DNA of 62,578 nt, the filler included, from Hausera hauseri (taxonomy: Eukaryota), in NCBI GenBank assembly GCA_046269625.1. It is 11 parts of 11 records of this genome, joined end to end, with 100 filler letters (N's around TTAATTAATTAA, not from the genome) between each part and the next. Parts side by side here need not be neighbours in the genome. Positions count along the whole stretch, not along the records: positions 20,039 to 26,493 come from JBJURY010099431.1; positions 26,594 to 31,159 come from JBJURY010525014.1; positions 31,260 to 36,189 come from JBJURY010388813.1; 8 more parts are not named here. One strand, 5' to 3'. A program made the position numbers and the translations under genes. Positions 21,311 through 35,308 of the stretch are shown in pieces. The notes under the pieces were generated by a model. The model searched no databases, was not told where the DNA came from, and was given only the letters and a program-made list of their open reading frames with translations. Every line of letters begins with the position of its first letter. Within the stretch, counting starts at the first letter, position 1.

Positions 21311-24300
21311 TGCGGGGAAGTCGGTCACCGCGAAGTTTGAGATTTGCCGCGGCGAGGCTGAAGTCCCTACTGTTCACCGTATGCCATTAAGTCGGCCAAC
21401 ACCGTTCGCTGACGCCCCACGACACGCCCCTGGCTATACATCCACACCATTTTCCTTCTTCTTTTTCTTAAATAACACATTTACACAATTGCATCAACAC
21501 ACACAAACACTACACATATCCACAACGCCATCTCCACTTTCCTTCACACATCTGACTTTTACATCACGCACAATGGCTCTACAGTACCTATCGCTTGGAC
21601 CCGACAAACTTCTTTAACTTATATCCACCTCCATTTACATTTCCGCATTCGTGGTGGCATGAACTCATCTGCAACTATAGACACCACGGATAAAACCATT
21701 ACGAAAGCAAAATATGTTAAACTGCTTCAAAAGCGCACTCCTACGTCTGCTAAGAACTCTTCACCTAGTACTTCTTGCGCTCCTTTCCCTCACTGGACTG
21801 AATTCTTTATTGACAATCAAGGCTCCAGCAAAACTTGGTTGCAATTCCACCAACTGTGGCTACAAGCAAACAATATTACCAATTCCTTAAATAAAGCACA
21901 CAATCTCCTCTTCTTACTCCGTGACAATATCAAAACACGAATTCACAACATCATCGAAATATTCGAACTTCCCGTTCCATATTTACTACTCTTCAAGGCT
22001 GTTCTTAAGATCACAGAACCCTCAATGGATACTATCATACAACGCTTCTTTCAAGACAATGCTATAGGCACACAACGACCATTAGACTTATTACGCACTT
22101 CTTTGACACATCTACACACCCTCGGTGTCACTAAAGAACACAATCCAGAACTACTGCGCTACTACTTCCTGAACGCGTTACCCATCCAAATTCGGGTTCT
22201 ACATACCGTGGTTGAAGACTCCACGGCTCTTGAAAAATTGGCCGAATTAGCCGATAGAACGCACTGCGTTCTATACTTAAACTCCCTACCAATCGTTTCG
22301 GCTACAGTTGCCGCTAACGGTACCCCAAACAACAACGCATTAATAGAGCAACAACTAAATCAATTATGTACCGAAAATACCGCACTACACGCAACAATTA
22401 ACAATATTAACAACAAATTAAATGAACTTTCCCTATCCCGCCGATGGGGTTTTGTCGCTGACCGAGCTCATTCTGCATCTAAAAACTGGTCACCACCGCC
22501 TGTGCGGTCAAATATCTGCTATTATCACAGAAGATTCAATAAAAGTGCCAAAAATGCTATCAAGGGTGCAAATTTTATAATAAAAGTTTATTTTAGACAC
22601 TGTTGTTTGCATCTACCATGCAAGGTTTAAAAACCAAGCTTGTAAATGTATTCCAGGCTGCATTTTCAAACCAGATACGAATGACGCACGTGCTATCTTT
22701 TCTTCTAATAGTAGTACTAGTTAACCCTTTCAAAAAAACTAAGTTTGCCGCCAGAGGTCACGGCAAATTCTGGCAAAGGAACTGCTACACTTTCGGAATG
22801 CCGACACGTCTCTTTTGCTGTCTTTACTCTAAATGCTGCAATCACCGCTCCTACAGCGCAGTACGTTGATTTCCTCATTGACACAGTTGCAGCGATTTCT
22901 TTATTACCACAAATTTTTCCTGTACAAAATTCGTCATTCAGAATTAAGCCCTTATACGCCGCTGCAGGTCAACCGCTGCACATTTCCGGCATGGCTAAAC
23001 TATCTTTTATCTTACCAAAATTCCCTTCACCTTTCCACTGGACGTTCACAGTTGCTAACATCCAGACTGCAATTCTAGGGTTCGATTTTCTATCGCATTA
23101 TAATTTATTGGTTGATTTCAGTTAACGATGTCTGAGGAGCGGCATCACTGGCATTGTTACTGAGCATATAAACAGCATTTCGACTGTCGCACAGTTGATC
23201 GGGAGGCGGAGATCAATTGTGAAAAAATCGAGAACTAATTCGAATTTTCATAACAATAATTCATTCCGTAAATTTTTAAATCATGGTATTGACATTTAGT
23301 CGAGGTACGATGTCATTAATTGTGGTACTATCACAAACATTAATTTACTCGACGAAATCACTTCATCCAACACCATTTTCAAATCGACAGTCTTACACCA
23401 ATACCAATTTACTTTACATCAGCAAACAATTCACAAATTGCATCCGCTACTACTCAGGCTGTTTCACCATCATTACGGAATCTTTCACAACTGCATACAA
23501 CTTTACAGCAATTCATTAACACATCATATGTACGAATACTTAAAAAAATAGTACGTTTACTCCTGTAAACAGCATTGTATATCACATAATTACACAGCAT
23601 CAAACACCAATATGCCAAAAGGTACGACCACTGTCGCCTCGTCGTAGGTAGGCCGTAGAAACCGAATTTCTTGAACTAGAACGCTTCGGCATTGTACGCC
23701 GTTCCAAATTTCCTTGGTCATCACCTTTACATGTCGTGCAAAAGAGGTAGAAACTTTTAGACCATGCGGTGATTACCGACAGTTTAACAACGTGACAATT
23801 ATGGATGCGTACCCACTGCCACTCATCAAGGATATCTTGCATCGCTTTAATTCAACCATCATTTATTCGACCATCGATTGAGCAAAGCATATCACCAAAT
23901 ACCGGTGGCACCCGAAGGTAGAAAAAACTGCTGTCATTACCCCTTTTGGCCTCTACCAGTACCTGTTTATGCCATTCGGTTTGCAAAATGCCGCACAGAC
24001 TTTTCAGGGACATATCGATTCAATTCTCTCAGATTTTCCGTTTGCGCTCCCTTACATTGATGACATTCTGATCGTTTCCTCTTTGGCCAAACAACACGAG
24101 GAACACATTCGCGCAATATTCCAACATCTTAACTACCATAATCTCCAAGTCAATTTTGACAAATTCCATTTCTTCACAAAGCGCATCAACTTTTTAGGCC
24201 ACGTTATTTCACCCGGCGGCCTTTCTCCTCAACCAAACCGAGTTGAAGTACTTAAGAAGATCCAGTTACCACGAACGATCACCGAAATGCGCAGCTTCCT

Positions 24301-26144
24301 TGGTACACTACACTTTGTACATAAACATGTACTATATTGCTCCGAATTGACAGCACTATTCGCACACTTAAGCGGCGGCGAAAAACATCAGCCAATGTCC
24401 AGCGGACACCCGAATTGGTTGATAAGTTTGATAAGCTACGCGAAGGAATTAAGACCGTCGACATTCTTGCTTTCCCCAAGCCTGACGCGGAACTTATCCT
24501 TACTACAGACGCTTTAGCCACTGCAGTAAGTGCTGTACTCCATCAAATCCACAAAGGAGAAAATCAACCGCTAGAATTTTTCTTTTGTAAGCTAACATTC
24601 TCTGACACTAGATATTCAACGTAGGATCGTGAATTATTGGCCATCGTTCTCGCTTTAAAGCATTTCTTCCACCTGCTTGTCGCTCGCCATTTTACCATAC
24701 AGACCGACCACAAACACTTACTTAACATCATGGCTATGAAATATCCTTCCACACGCCAAAAACGACAAATATCATACTTATCGGCATTTAACTTCGAAAT
24801 TAAACACATTGACGGGGTTAACAATTTAGTTGCTATGTTTTATATAGGACGGTTAGTTCGATTAATTTTTCACCAATTTTTACGCAAGATCAACTTCAAC
24901 AGAACCAGCCACATTAGAACATGCTTAATTCTTTCAAGTCTTGCACAATTGTAGACGGCGTGGCTTTAGACACATCCAAACAACGTCATTCCTTAATAAT
25001 CCTTGCACCATAGTTGCAAAGGCAAGCATTTAATTGTATACATTCGCTACACCACTCTGGTGCTAAAACCACTTTTTGTTTACTCCACCGATAAGTAGTT
25101 TGGCCGTCAATGCGTTCCGATGTGCAGGCATGGGTTAAGGAGTGTGCGGCTTGCCAAAAATGCAAAACAACTAAGCATTTAAAGCCACCGCTAGTTCAGT
25201 TCCCCTGCACATCGCGTTTTGAATCCATGCATATCGACATCGTTGGCCCTCTTCCTCCAGACAACGGCCATCAATTTATTCTTACCATGATGGGATGTTC
25301 CTTGTGATGGTCAAAAGCCATCCCTCTGCGTAGCACAAACACCTATACTATACATGACATTTTCATTCGTACATGGATTAGCAGGTTTGGATCAACTCGT
25401 TTCATTATCACGGACCAGGGTCCACAGTTTGAATCCATCCTGTTCAAATTCCTTGTTAACCGATTGGGGATCCATCACATACATACTACGCCTTACCATC
25501 CCAAATCGAATGGCTTTTTAGAACGTTTCAGAGAACATTAAAAATATCATTAAGAATTCTTGCAGAGTCTAACACTAGTTGGACAAATCTTCTTTCGCTT
25601 GTTCTGCTTGGCTGTCGGAATACTCCGTCCACTTCTACAGGATTCTTACATACTGAAGCCTTATTCGGAGCTCCTGTACGATCATTATTCGAACTAACTG
25701 CTCTAGACGACACTCCTACAGATTAAACGATACGGACGGTGCAAAACCACTTCGTTACGGTCAGCAAAGATTCGTTATGCAGGCTACGCCACAAAGACAA
25801 AGCATATTTACCCGAAGACTTGTATTCGGCAAAATTGTATGACTAAGGAATCAAACGTCGTGCGGTTTCAAACCGCGGTATCTGGGGCCCTATAAACTGA
25901 TACAGCTGCATTCGCATAACGATATTATTTCTAAAGACGGCAAAAAACTTACAGTGCATATTACCAAGTTAAAGCCCGCCTTCCTCGTCGACGACATTTC
26001 ACCAATCCACACGTCAACCTCTTTTCTCACACTTACACTTCCTGCTAGTCCTATATCTGCTGCCACACCTGTTCCACTTCCCTTTTGCTCCTAGTTCTGC
26101 TTCATCATTTTCTACACATTCTATTTCTTTTCCTACCCCTCTTC
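21311..26144 (+). mobile_element. Decayed Ty3/Gypsy element (CsRn1-like, CHCC gag), 3' end replaced by a Penelope-like fragment
   Basis: gag 21659-22700 with two C-x2-H-x9-C-x3-C knuckles; protease FLIDTVA; RT MPFGLQNA, YIDD; RNase H TTDA; integrase HIDIVGPLP, TDQGPQFES, GPY. Confidence 0.92.
21659..22630 (+). CDS. Gypsy gag (frameshifted near the zinc knuckles)
   Basis: Homologous to 53160-54120; LEKLAELAD, coiled coil, CYYHRRF. Confidence 0.75.
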   Translation: MNSSATIDTTDKTITKAKYVKLLQKRTPTSAKNSSPSTSCAPFPHWTEFFIDNQGSSKTWLQFHQLWLQANNITNSLNKAHNLLFLLRDNIKTRIHNIIEIFELPVPYLLLFKAVLKITEPSMDTIIQRFFQDNAIGTQRPLDLLRTSLTHLHTLGVTKEHNPELLRYYFLNALPIQIRVLHTVVEDSTALEKLAELADRTHCVLYLNSLPIVSATVAANGTPNNNALIEQQLNQLCTENTALHATINNINNKLNELSLSRRWGFVADRAHSASKNWSPPPVRSNICYYHRRFNKSAKNAIKGANFIIKVYFRHCCLHLPCKV

Positions 26145-26493
26145 CTATTTATTACTAAATAGATCAATGATTTGCTTAGTAGTAAACATAACATTTAAAT
26201 TGGCTTCTTTAGGCAATAATTTTAAAATTTTTGACTTTAATTTCTTAGAACCGTCTGAGAATGGCAATTTTAAAATTGATCGCCTTTTTAAATTTATATG
26301 TTTATTGTCTTTATTGTTTTCTATGCCGAAGGTTTCTAGAATGTTTTCTATTAAACCACCTGGATCGAAGTTATGCAAATCATTTGTGGTTTGATTAGAA
26401 TTCGTCATATTGTTTTCTGTATTTGTTTTCGGTGAATAGAATTTATTCAACACTTTCCTATGGCGTTGTATATTAAATAATCCGGATAACCAT
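26145..26493 (-). mobile_element. Penelope-like element fragment (RT thumb/linker region)
   Basis: GYPDYLI...ILKLPF...LNVMFTTKQIIDLFSNK; similar to the linker upstream of the GIY-YIG at ~46060. Confidence 0.65.
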
Positions 26494-26968
26494 NNNNNNN
26501 NNNNNNNNNNNNNNNNNNNNNNNNNNNNNNNNNNNNNTTAATTAATTAANNNNNNNNNNNNNNNNNNNNNNNNNNNNNNNNNNNNNNNNNNNNCCTTTTG
26601 CCACTTGTTTCTTCACAGGCGTTTATTCAGCCATTATATACATCGACTTCTTGACTTAAATAGTTTATTTTTGTTTGATAATCTTCGAAGCAAAATTTGC
26701 ATTTGATGTATCCGGCATTTTTACTACGATTTAATTGAACTGTACAAGATTCCTCATGATATCCACAATATTTTAGATTAGATTCCGAATTGGAAAGTAA
26801 TTGTTTCTAACGTAATGTTGTTGAGGTATGTTTTACATCAGATCGATAATTGATAATGAGCATTAAAATATTGTGGTAATGAAATCGTGATAATGATACG
26901 TTTTAATCCCTTTCTGTAAAAATCCAGAAATTTTACGGAATTAAGTTAGCTTCTGTATTTTGTTTTTT

Positions 26969-29900
26969 TGCAGGACTATGCAAAACCGATGAATTCAGTG
27001 GGTATTTTTATGTGCTCGACATGCTTTAGTTGGGCTTATATTGTCATTCATTACTTTCAACTTCAATCCAGGCTTTTCAATGACGATTATGAAACAAACG
27101 GTCAAAATTAAAAGATAAAATAATTGGTAGCCTGATAAACGACCAAATAAGAATATTGATTTTATTTGACACTGATATGGACTGTTCGGCTGCCAAACAA
27201 ACACAGGCCAAAAGGTAAAAAGGTAGGACGAAAACCGTGCCGGCTTAGCTGCACTGAACGGTGACCCGACTGCCAAAAATGGCGGGCCATATCTTAGACT
27301 GTGGCACTACATAATCTCACCCGTGTGGCAAAAAAGAAACTGTAAAGTAAAACAGAAAGAGGCAAAACGCAAAAATATGTTTAGTGCCTATTGGGTTTTG
27401 GTGTGTATAAGGCGTTGTATTCCATCTGCGGATTTTTCCGTATTATAGGTACTAAATGTCACTTTGCATGCCTTATTTGATTTGTGCTTGGCTGTTGAAC
27501 GATATTTTGTAGTAGACGTTTTATAAGGTTTTCTGATTCAATGCGCTGTGTTGCTTGTGGTAAAGACGTTAAAGATGGTGAGAGAATAAATCAAGCAAGA
27601 AAGGCGAAGAAACTGAAGGCAGTGGAGGTGATAAAAGAGAGGGAAAAGAGGCGGGCGGAGAAAACGGAATAAGCAACGTAGGCACTGTAAGCGTTGCGGA
27701 AGATGAGGATAGTTTAGCGTGAGAGAAAAGTGGTTGCTGCAATGGAGCGAAATCGTGGAGAAAGTTTGAGGAAGGAATGGAAGGAGTGAGAGTTGAGTTA
27801 GGGTTGGGGGTAGAATCGGCATCCGGTTTGTCGTCAACTAAGGAAGCGGGTTTAAGATTCGAAATGTAGACGTTGTAGGGTTTGTCTTGGCATAAGATGG
27901 TAGCTGTATGAGATGAGAAGTGAAGAAGTTTGTATGGGCCAACATACTGAGATCAAAAACCCGAAGGTGATTGATCCTTCAGCCACACAAACTTGGCTGA
28001 GTATAAATTCTTCGGAATGTACGATTTGTTATTGTTAAATATGCAGCAGAACAAGTCTGAGCTGACCTCAACAAAGTGAGTCTGGGCCGCGCGAATATTT
28101 TCGTCTGTCAGATTGTCGTCGAGGTTGGAAAGTTCGAACAGATCCCATATTGGAGTCCCAAAAAGTGCCTCAGCTGGAGCACACCCCGTGGTAGTGGAAG
28201 GAGTGTTGCGCCAATCGAGTAGAACAAATAGTAGGATAAACGTCAAATTGCCATGATTGTCTGCCAAGATTTTTAAAGAAATTTTCATTGTTCGATGGAA
28301 CCTTTCAAGAAGGCCATTTGATTATGGATAATACGGCGTTGTATGGAAATGTGATATTTCCAAGCGTTTAACAAGTGATTTAAAGAGTTCCGATTTGAAC
28401 TGCGGATTTTGGTCCGTTATTATGTGCCGTGGGGATCAAAAGCGACTGATCCAGATTTTAATAAAAGCATCTGCTACTGAATCAGTGTTTGTTGAACGGA
28501 GAGGAACGGCTTCAGGCAAGCAAAAATTACGATCCATTATAGTGAGAATATGTTGACAGCCGTTGTCAGAAGGTAAGGGTCCAACGAGATGAAGATGGAC
28601 GGTACAGGGGAAGTGGTAAAGCGGTAGTTTAAGATGTTTGTTATCTTTATATTTTTTTACAGGCTACGCATTTCTTAACCCAGCCCTGAACATCTGTGCG
28701 CATTGATGGCCAAACTACATGACATTGGAACAAACGAAACGTGGCTTTCGAGCCTGGATGATGAAGTAAAAGCGTGTGAAGGAAAGCTGGTTTCTGCAAA
28801 GAAGGAGCAAGAATGATTTTTTATTACCGGGATTAGATGTGTCATATACAATGTCATCAATGATTTCGAAGTATTTGAAAGAGCTACAAATATCAGCAGA
28901 CGGCTGATTGAGATTTAAAATTTCGGCAGAAAATATTTGTTCAACCGTAATTGAGTTGATCGATCGCCAGAGGAAATTCGCGACCAAATTATCAGTACCT
29001 GAAATAAACTTTATGACAAAACTAAATGTAGATAGGTACAATATTTGTCGTTCCTGCCTTAGTGATGTCTGTTTTAATGACATGAGGTGCATCAGAGAGA
29101 GGAGGAGATGTTTGAAATGTTTTACTGCCAGAGCTATGGCTAGTAGCTCACGATCAAATGTTAAATATCGGCTTTCTGGTTGTGTCAGTTTTCGAGAGCA
29201 AAATTCTAAATATTCATCTTGTGTAGTATTGCACCAGTAGCTGTGGTAGGGGCATCGATTGTGAGTATCAGCTGTTCGTCGGGTTTTTGATAGGCCAGTA
29301 TTTCGACGGTTTTTAGGTCTTCACGTAAGCGATAGAGTTTGGTGACTAAATCAGGTGTCCACTGCATTAATTGTCTTTTATTTCCAGATGAGAGGTGTGA
29401 GAAAGGTGCTGTAAGCTTAAAGCAATGCGATACGTATTTATGGACGAAATGTAGTGTGCCAAGAAAACTCCTCATATCTGTAGTGGTCGTTGGTAGTGTT
29501 ACATTTTTCAATTGCTGTAGTCGATCAGATTGTGGAGAGTGGCCGTTAGGTGTAATGCTGTGGCCTAAGAAATTAACACGTTTCTGAAAGAAGTTGCACT
29601 TGGAGAAGTTAACTTCTAAGTTGCTATGATGTAGTCTGTGAAAAATAATTCGGAGAAGTTCATGGCGTTGTTTGACGGAGTTGGAGGCAACTAATATGTC
29701 ATCGATGTACGAATGAGCAAAATCAAGGCCTGAGAGAACGGTGTCGATATGGCGTTGAAAGGTTTGGGATGCGTTACGTAAACCTAATGGCATAAAGATG
29801 TATTCGTAGAGGCCAAATGGAGTGATGACAGCAGTCTTTGGAATGTCATCGGGTGCAACGAAAATTTGGTGGTAGGCTTTGTGCAGATCTATTGTGGAAT

Positions 29901-30759
29901 AGGTATTGGTGCTGTTAAGACTGTGCAGGATGTCTTTTATGACCGGTAATGGGTAAGCATCCATGATGATTAGATAGTTTATTTGACGGTAGTCGTCACA
30001 TGGTCGAAAAGTACCGTCTTTTTGCTATTACGTGTAATGGTGAAGCCCATGGTGATTTTGACCTCCGAATGATACCAGATTTTTCGAGTTCCTTAAACTC
30101 TAATTCCACGGCTTTTCGTCTACGAGGAGATAAGGGTCTCACATTCTGTCTGATAGGTCTTTGGTGTTTGGTGACAATGTGGTGATAAGTTGTTGATGGC
30201 GGCTTAAACTAGAGTTTTTTTTGAGTATGCGAGAACTAAAAGAAATGATGTAAGATTCGAGATTGAAATCTAGTGATAAAAATAATTGAGGCATATTATC
30301 AGAGGAGGCGGTGACTGTGATTGGCGAAGAACGAACGACATCGCCGCCATGAACATTCGGTTTAACCGATTGTTTTAAAATCAATTTCGATATTTAAGAT
30401 GTAATTGAGAAAACAGATAAACTACTAGATGTATCGTTATCAACCGACGAGCAATTTGCCAAATTTACATGTGAGTTCGCAGACGAAGTGCCTGTTGAGC
30501 TGTATTGTAGACAATTGTTAACGTTCACGAGGGAGTCTCTACGTAGCAAACAGCCATACTTGCAGTCAACTAGCAGGTCGTGTGCGGCCAAAAAATATGA
30601 GCCTATTATTGGCGATTTAATATTGGCCACGTGGAATTTCTAGACAAACTTGCCTGGTAAATTTTAAAATGTAAAAATCAGTTCCGTGGTACTTGAGATT
30701 CGCAAAAGTTAACCACTAGCAGCGAAAATCGGGAGAGACGAAACTGCAATGGATGTAGG
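26969..30759 (-). mobile_element. Decayed Gypsy element of the same family as 21311-26144 (PR-RT-RH-INT, PPT, 3' LTR at ~26969-27311)
   Basis: DAYPLP, IDLHKAYHQ, YIDD, TIDA, integrase core; on the - strand the PPT-like GGGTGAGA is followed by TGTAGTGCC starting at 27311. The left boundary of the LTR is tentative. Confidence 0.9.
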
Positions 30760-31070
30760 TGTGGTGCCCATGGTGGCCGGTGGTCTTTGGCCTATTTGGT
30801 CGGGCGCGGCCGGGCGTCCGTTGCCGCGGCATCGGGTCCATAGTCGAGCCCGATCTTCGCATCTAAATCGACTGTCAAGAAAAACACATGTACTATAAAT
30901 GATCTTACTCAACAATGTCCTTCGATGAGTGATTATAAAATACCAATTCGAACCCATAACGTTAGTTCTGTATAGCGTACAATTAGTTCAAGTAAATGTC
31001 AGAGTCCTGAGAGTAAAAGTCCAATTTCGAATAAAAACGAATTAGATTGGATTAATATACCACCACTGCA
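30760..31070 (+). repeat. Solo-LTR-like repeat interrupting the Gypsy protease
   Basis: Starts TGTGGTGCCC exactly where protease homology ends; TATAAA and AATAAA inside; ends CACCACTGCA; GC-rich core shared with 35018-35308 and 59211-59265. Confidence 0.6.
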
Positions 31071-32089
31071 GTTGTTTTGTTCTAATTCTGGTAAGTCCAA
31101 TAATCAGACAAGTCGAGAAGTACAAACTACTGAATTAGACTTCTATAAGCACAATAGTTNNNNNNNNNNNNNNNNNNNNNNNNNNNNNNNNNNNNNNNNN
31201 NNNTTAATTAATTAANNNNNNNNNNNNNNNNNNNNNNNNNNNNNNNNNNNNNNNNNNNNAGAAATAAGTTAGTGTATATCAATTTATTATATAATTGTAT
31301 TTAATGTTTTCAATTTAAAGTTAACATTTACTTTAAATTGTTTAAATTTAGAAACGTTAACAATATCCCATGTACTGCATCTCTCGCGTACATGAGCAGG
31401 CAGAACAGTACCATCAACAGATGGCGAAATATTACAGCGTTAGAATGGACACATATTTGTGTCCAATGTGTAATATTTCAGCCCAATGTTCGTACCCCGA
31501 TTTTTATGAGATGCACAAGCATCATGTCGGACCATTTACACGGTCGAAGAAGATGATGCTAGTGCACTGACCCATGTGCCTACGGTACTGTATAGTACAG
31601 TGCACAACCTTGATGATTGCCATAGTTCAATGGAGCAATAATATGGCGCCACAACGGTGCACTGTAAATGAATTTTCGTTTGTTCCGGTTGTACAATAGG
31701 GGATGATGTCAACTATGAACAATTTTACTATGAGCACCAGGACCATTTAAACCAGTTTCATCAGTGGTCGAAAAAATAAATGTTAATGGAATCAACAAAA
31801 ATCAGCAACAATATCCCTTCAACAACACCAACAACAACTAGTAGGTAACGTAAGGCATCACAAGTTTGGACAAATACATTAGAACCAGTACCGATCTGAA
31901 AGACGAAGAATAAGAAGAGCAATGATTTGAACAAATCGTACGTGGACATAAAAGCGAACATGTTTCTGGCGAAAACAACAACGCAATTGAGACCTGCTCC
32001 GCAAAATGTGCGCAACCGGTTGGAATCAGAAGTGGAGAAATTCCAACATCACCACCATCACTGCAAAGTGCAATATTATGCACTTGCAG

Positions 32090-35017
32090 AATTTAAAAAC
32101 GTTTAAGGTGACAGGAAACAATGGTATCTGTCACAGCGAGCTGTACCATACGCCGAAGATTTTATTGCCAATATAGGCGAAAAGCTCCAGGAGAAAATTG
32201 CCAACTACACGGAAAAGGGCAGTGGATGGCGAATTATACAAATTGTCGCCCTCGGCTTTATTATAAGAAGGTCGAGTGACATAATATATTTGTCCGGCCG
32301 ATCATTTATACCAACATCTGTAGCTCTGAAGCAGTCTGGCGATAGTGAATGTAAAAATACTAACGGCGGTATTGAAATATGACGAAGTGGACACACATAG
32401 CTCATCTCGTCCAAAACACTATCAGAAATATTTTTCCGAATTGGATTTCGATGAAAGCTGGATGCCGATGAAACTGAAATCCATTCCGGCTTTTGAACAG
32501 CGTATTCCGACACTGCAATCAACGTGTTCCGGTACAACATCATCGTAGAAATACCGGCGGATAAAGAAATTTAGAAAGATCCTCATCTGAATATAATCTA
32601 TCGTACTCGGAACCCAAATGGCCGCTCAGCAAATTTGCTGCTACTGGAACAAAAAGAAAAGTACCTTTACGTTGCAGTGACAAATCTAGACAGACTACTG
32701 AACATGCAGCAAGACCATTTTCTTCAAAAACGGATACAGTGTAAATGGTGTCCTGTATGGCATCATGGATTCAGATCGGAAAAACATGGGAGAAACACGT
32801 CACTCTGTGCATAGAAGGTTCTTCAGGAACCACAATGTAAATCATGCCCGTCAAACAGAAACTCAGGTTCACTGATTGGTTAAAAACAGACAGTTCGGCA
32901 TAGGTATTATATGCCGATATCGAAGCTATGTTACCACGGCATAACATACATGACCAAAAACATGTTCCAATCGCCATCAAAATGTTGGTTGTTCAAATAA
33001 GAGCTGCAGATCAATATCAATTTTATGTTTTCCACGGATGGACTTGTGTACGCGATTTTTTGCAGCTGTTGCAAACCATAGTGGAAACTGAAATTGCACA
33101 CTGGTACAGTAGAAATAGCAATAAACTCTTGATGTGGACACATGAAGATGACCGCCTGATGATTGCAGTCACAGATAAATGTTATCCGTGCCACAAAATA
33201 TTACCGTTTGACGCATTGGAATGGCTCGTACCGGATCACGATCATTTTACTGGTCGATATCTCGGAGCAGCTTGCAATTCATGCAATTTGGCAAGGTGTG
33301 TGCGGCCATTTCTGCCGATGGTATTTCATAACTTCATGGGTTATGATTGTCACCATATTTTGAAATGGGCAATAAGTAAATTTTCGCAATGGGAACTATC
33401 CGTAATTCTGACTACAATGGAGAAATACATGTTAGTGTCTGCTCGTATAAACCGGTTCCACGTACGCTTCTTTGAATCATTGCAGTTTCTCAATGAATCA
33501 GTGGCAAAGCAGGTAAATGCCTTATGAGATATACCGATAGCACTGATGCAGTTCCCTGCAAATATTGGGCGCAGCAAAGACATATTTCAATATGAATTTG
33601 CAACATCGTATGAGCGACTCCGGAGAGCAGAGGAATTACCGCCGCGATGGACAGGTACTAGAATGAATATAGGATGAATACCAGAAAGCACAGTGGTGTT
33701 GGAAAGAACTCGGCTGTAGAAATATATTGGATTACATGCTGCGGTATCTTAAACGGTATGTGCGCTTATTAGCTGATGTATTCCAGGCGTTTCGAAAATG
33801 AGTTTGGCGTCAGCTCTAATGTCACTGGATCGAGACATTGAGCTGCTGCAAGACCCGGAAATGTACCGGCTGTTTGATGCTGGTATTCGCAGCGGCATGG
33901 CTTTTGTCAACAAGCATCAGGTCCTTACTACCGATATCACATCACTGCTGTATATTGATATTAATAACCTGTATGGCTGGGCGCTTTCGCATCCCTTACC
34001 GTACGGTTCATTCGAATGAGTTGTCGACAGACAAAATCTGGATGACATAATGGTCAACCTGCCAAGAGCACACATGGCAGGCTCAGTCGGATACCTGACG
34101 GAGGTTTTGGACGATTTACCGGTAGGGCCATTTAACCAATGTCCGCCAGGCTCAAAAGTGAAGAAACTGCTAATGACGCATTAACTGAAGCTGAACTACG
34201 TGGTCCATTGGCGTTTTCTACAGTTCTGCATGCAGCTCGGTGTGCGCGTAACACAGCTGCATCGTACAATCCCATTTTCTCAGCTTCTATATTCAAGGCC
34301 TACGTAAATGGAAATTCGGAGAAACGTCCCAGCTTGTACAAAGTTCGAAAATGATTACTACAAGCTAAAAAACAATTTCCTGTGCGAAAAAACAGCGGAG
34401 AATCTGAAAAAGTGGTTTAATGTACGCCTATACAATAGCTAAAAGTGATTGGTCACATACACAAGTAAGGTTCAGTTTCGGCGGTCAATCCAAACTGCCG
34501 ATGGATTGGTTGCGGTTCTGTTAAACCTTCTCCGGCCAAGTTACATAAGACAAGTGGTACTGACCTGAGCAAGTTGCGGATGTATGAGCTACAGTATCGC
34601 GATTTAGCACGTTACCGGCAAATGTTTGACGGCTGTGATATTAGTATAACTGCCGATGACACAGACAGTTTTTTCCTGCGGCTGAAAAATGTCAATCGCA
34701 AACAGCTACTGCAGTAAATATTGTCAGATGGATCACGGGACACGTCCAACTATCCACCGGATCATCCGTTGTACAGCAGCGCGATTACCAACAAAATCGG
34801 CTGCTTCAAGAATGAAAGTGAAGTTAGTGTCCGGTATTGGGAATGTATATTCCTACGCCTAAAGTGCTAGTCTTCTGACGGACTGTGGACCGAAAATACG
34901 GGCAAAGGGAGTCTAGCCGAGACACACGGAAATCGACAACGGTGATTATCGCCGTATATATAAAAAAGTAGCGGCAGAAGGAAAACAAACAGTGGCTGTT
35001 GTATCTCAAATGATCGT
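32090..35017 (+). pseudogene. Polinton/Maverick-type protein-primed DNA polymerase B relic with embedded HNH (endonuclease VII-like) module
   Basis: EKGSGW; LYADIE; DHDHFTGRYLGAACNSCNL; FHNFMGYD; YIDINNLYG (motif A); YYKLKNN (motif B); DTDSFF (motif C); DTSNYPPDHPLY..NKIGCFKNE; many stops and frameshifts. Confidence 0.88.
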
Positions 35018-35308
35018 CGTGGTGCCCGCGTCGATCTTCGCCCTCCGGCCCATTCGGTTGGTCACGGTTGGGCTTCCGCTGCCGGCGCGTCGGGCACATA
35101 GGCAGGCCCCGATCTCCTGCCAAGATTGTGTGGAAGAAACAAAAAATGCATTGCACCTATCAAGAAAGATGGTATTAAAGTTGTTTTTAATAAATTTGGT
35201 CGACAATATTATGTCGACGAAAGGGATCTCATTAATTATGAAGGTAATTATTTGTCAAGTAATTTTGGTGCTATTATTGGGAAGTGACGTAATATTTAAA
35301 GGCCCACA
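35018..35308 (+). repeat. Solo-LTR-like repeat truncating the pPolB relic
   Basis: CGTGGTGCCC...GGCCCACA ends; shares the GC-rich hairpin core with 30760-31070. Confidence 0.55.
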
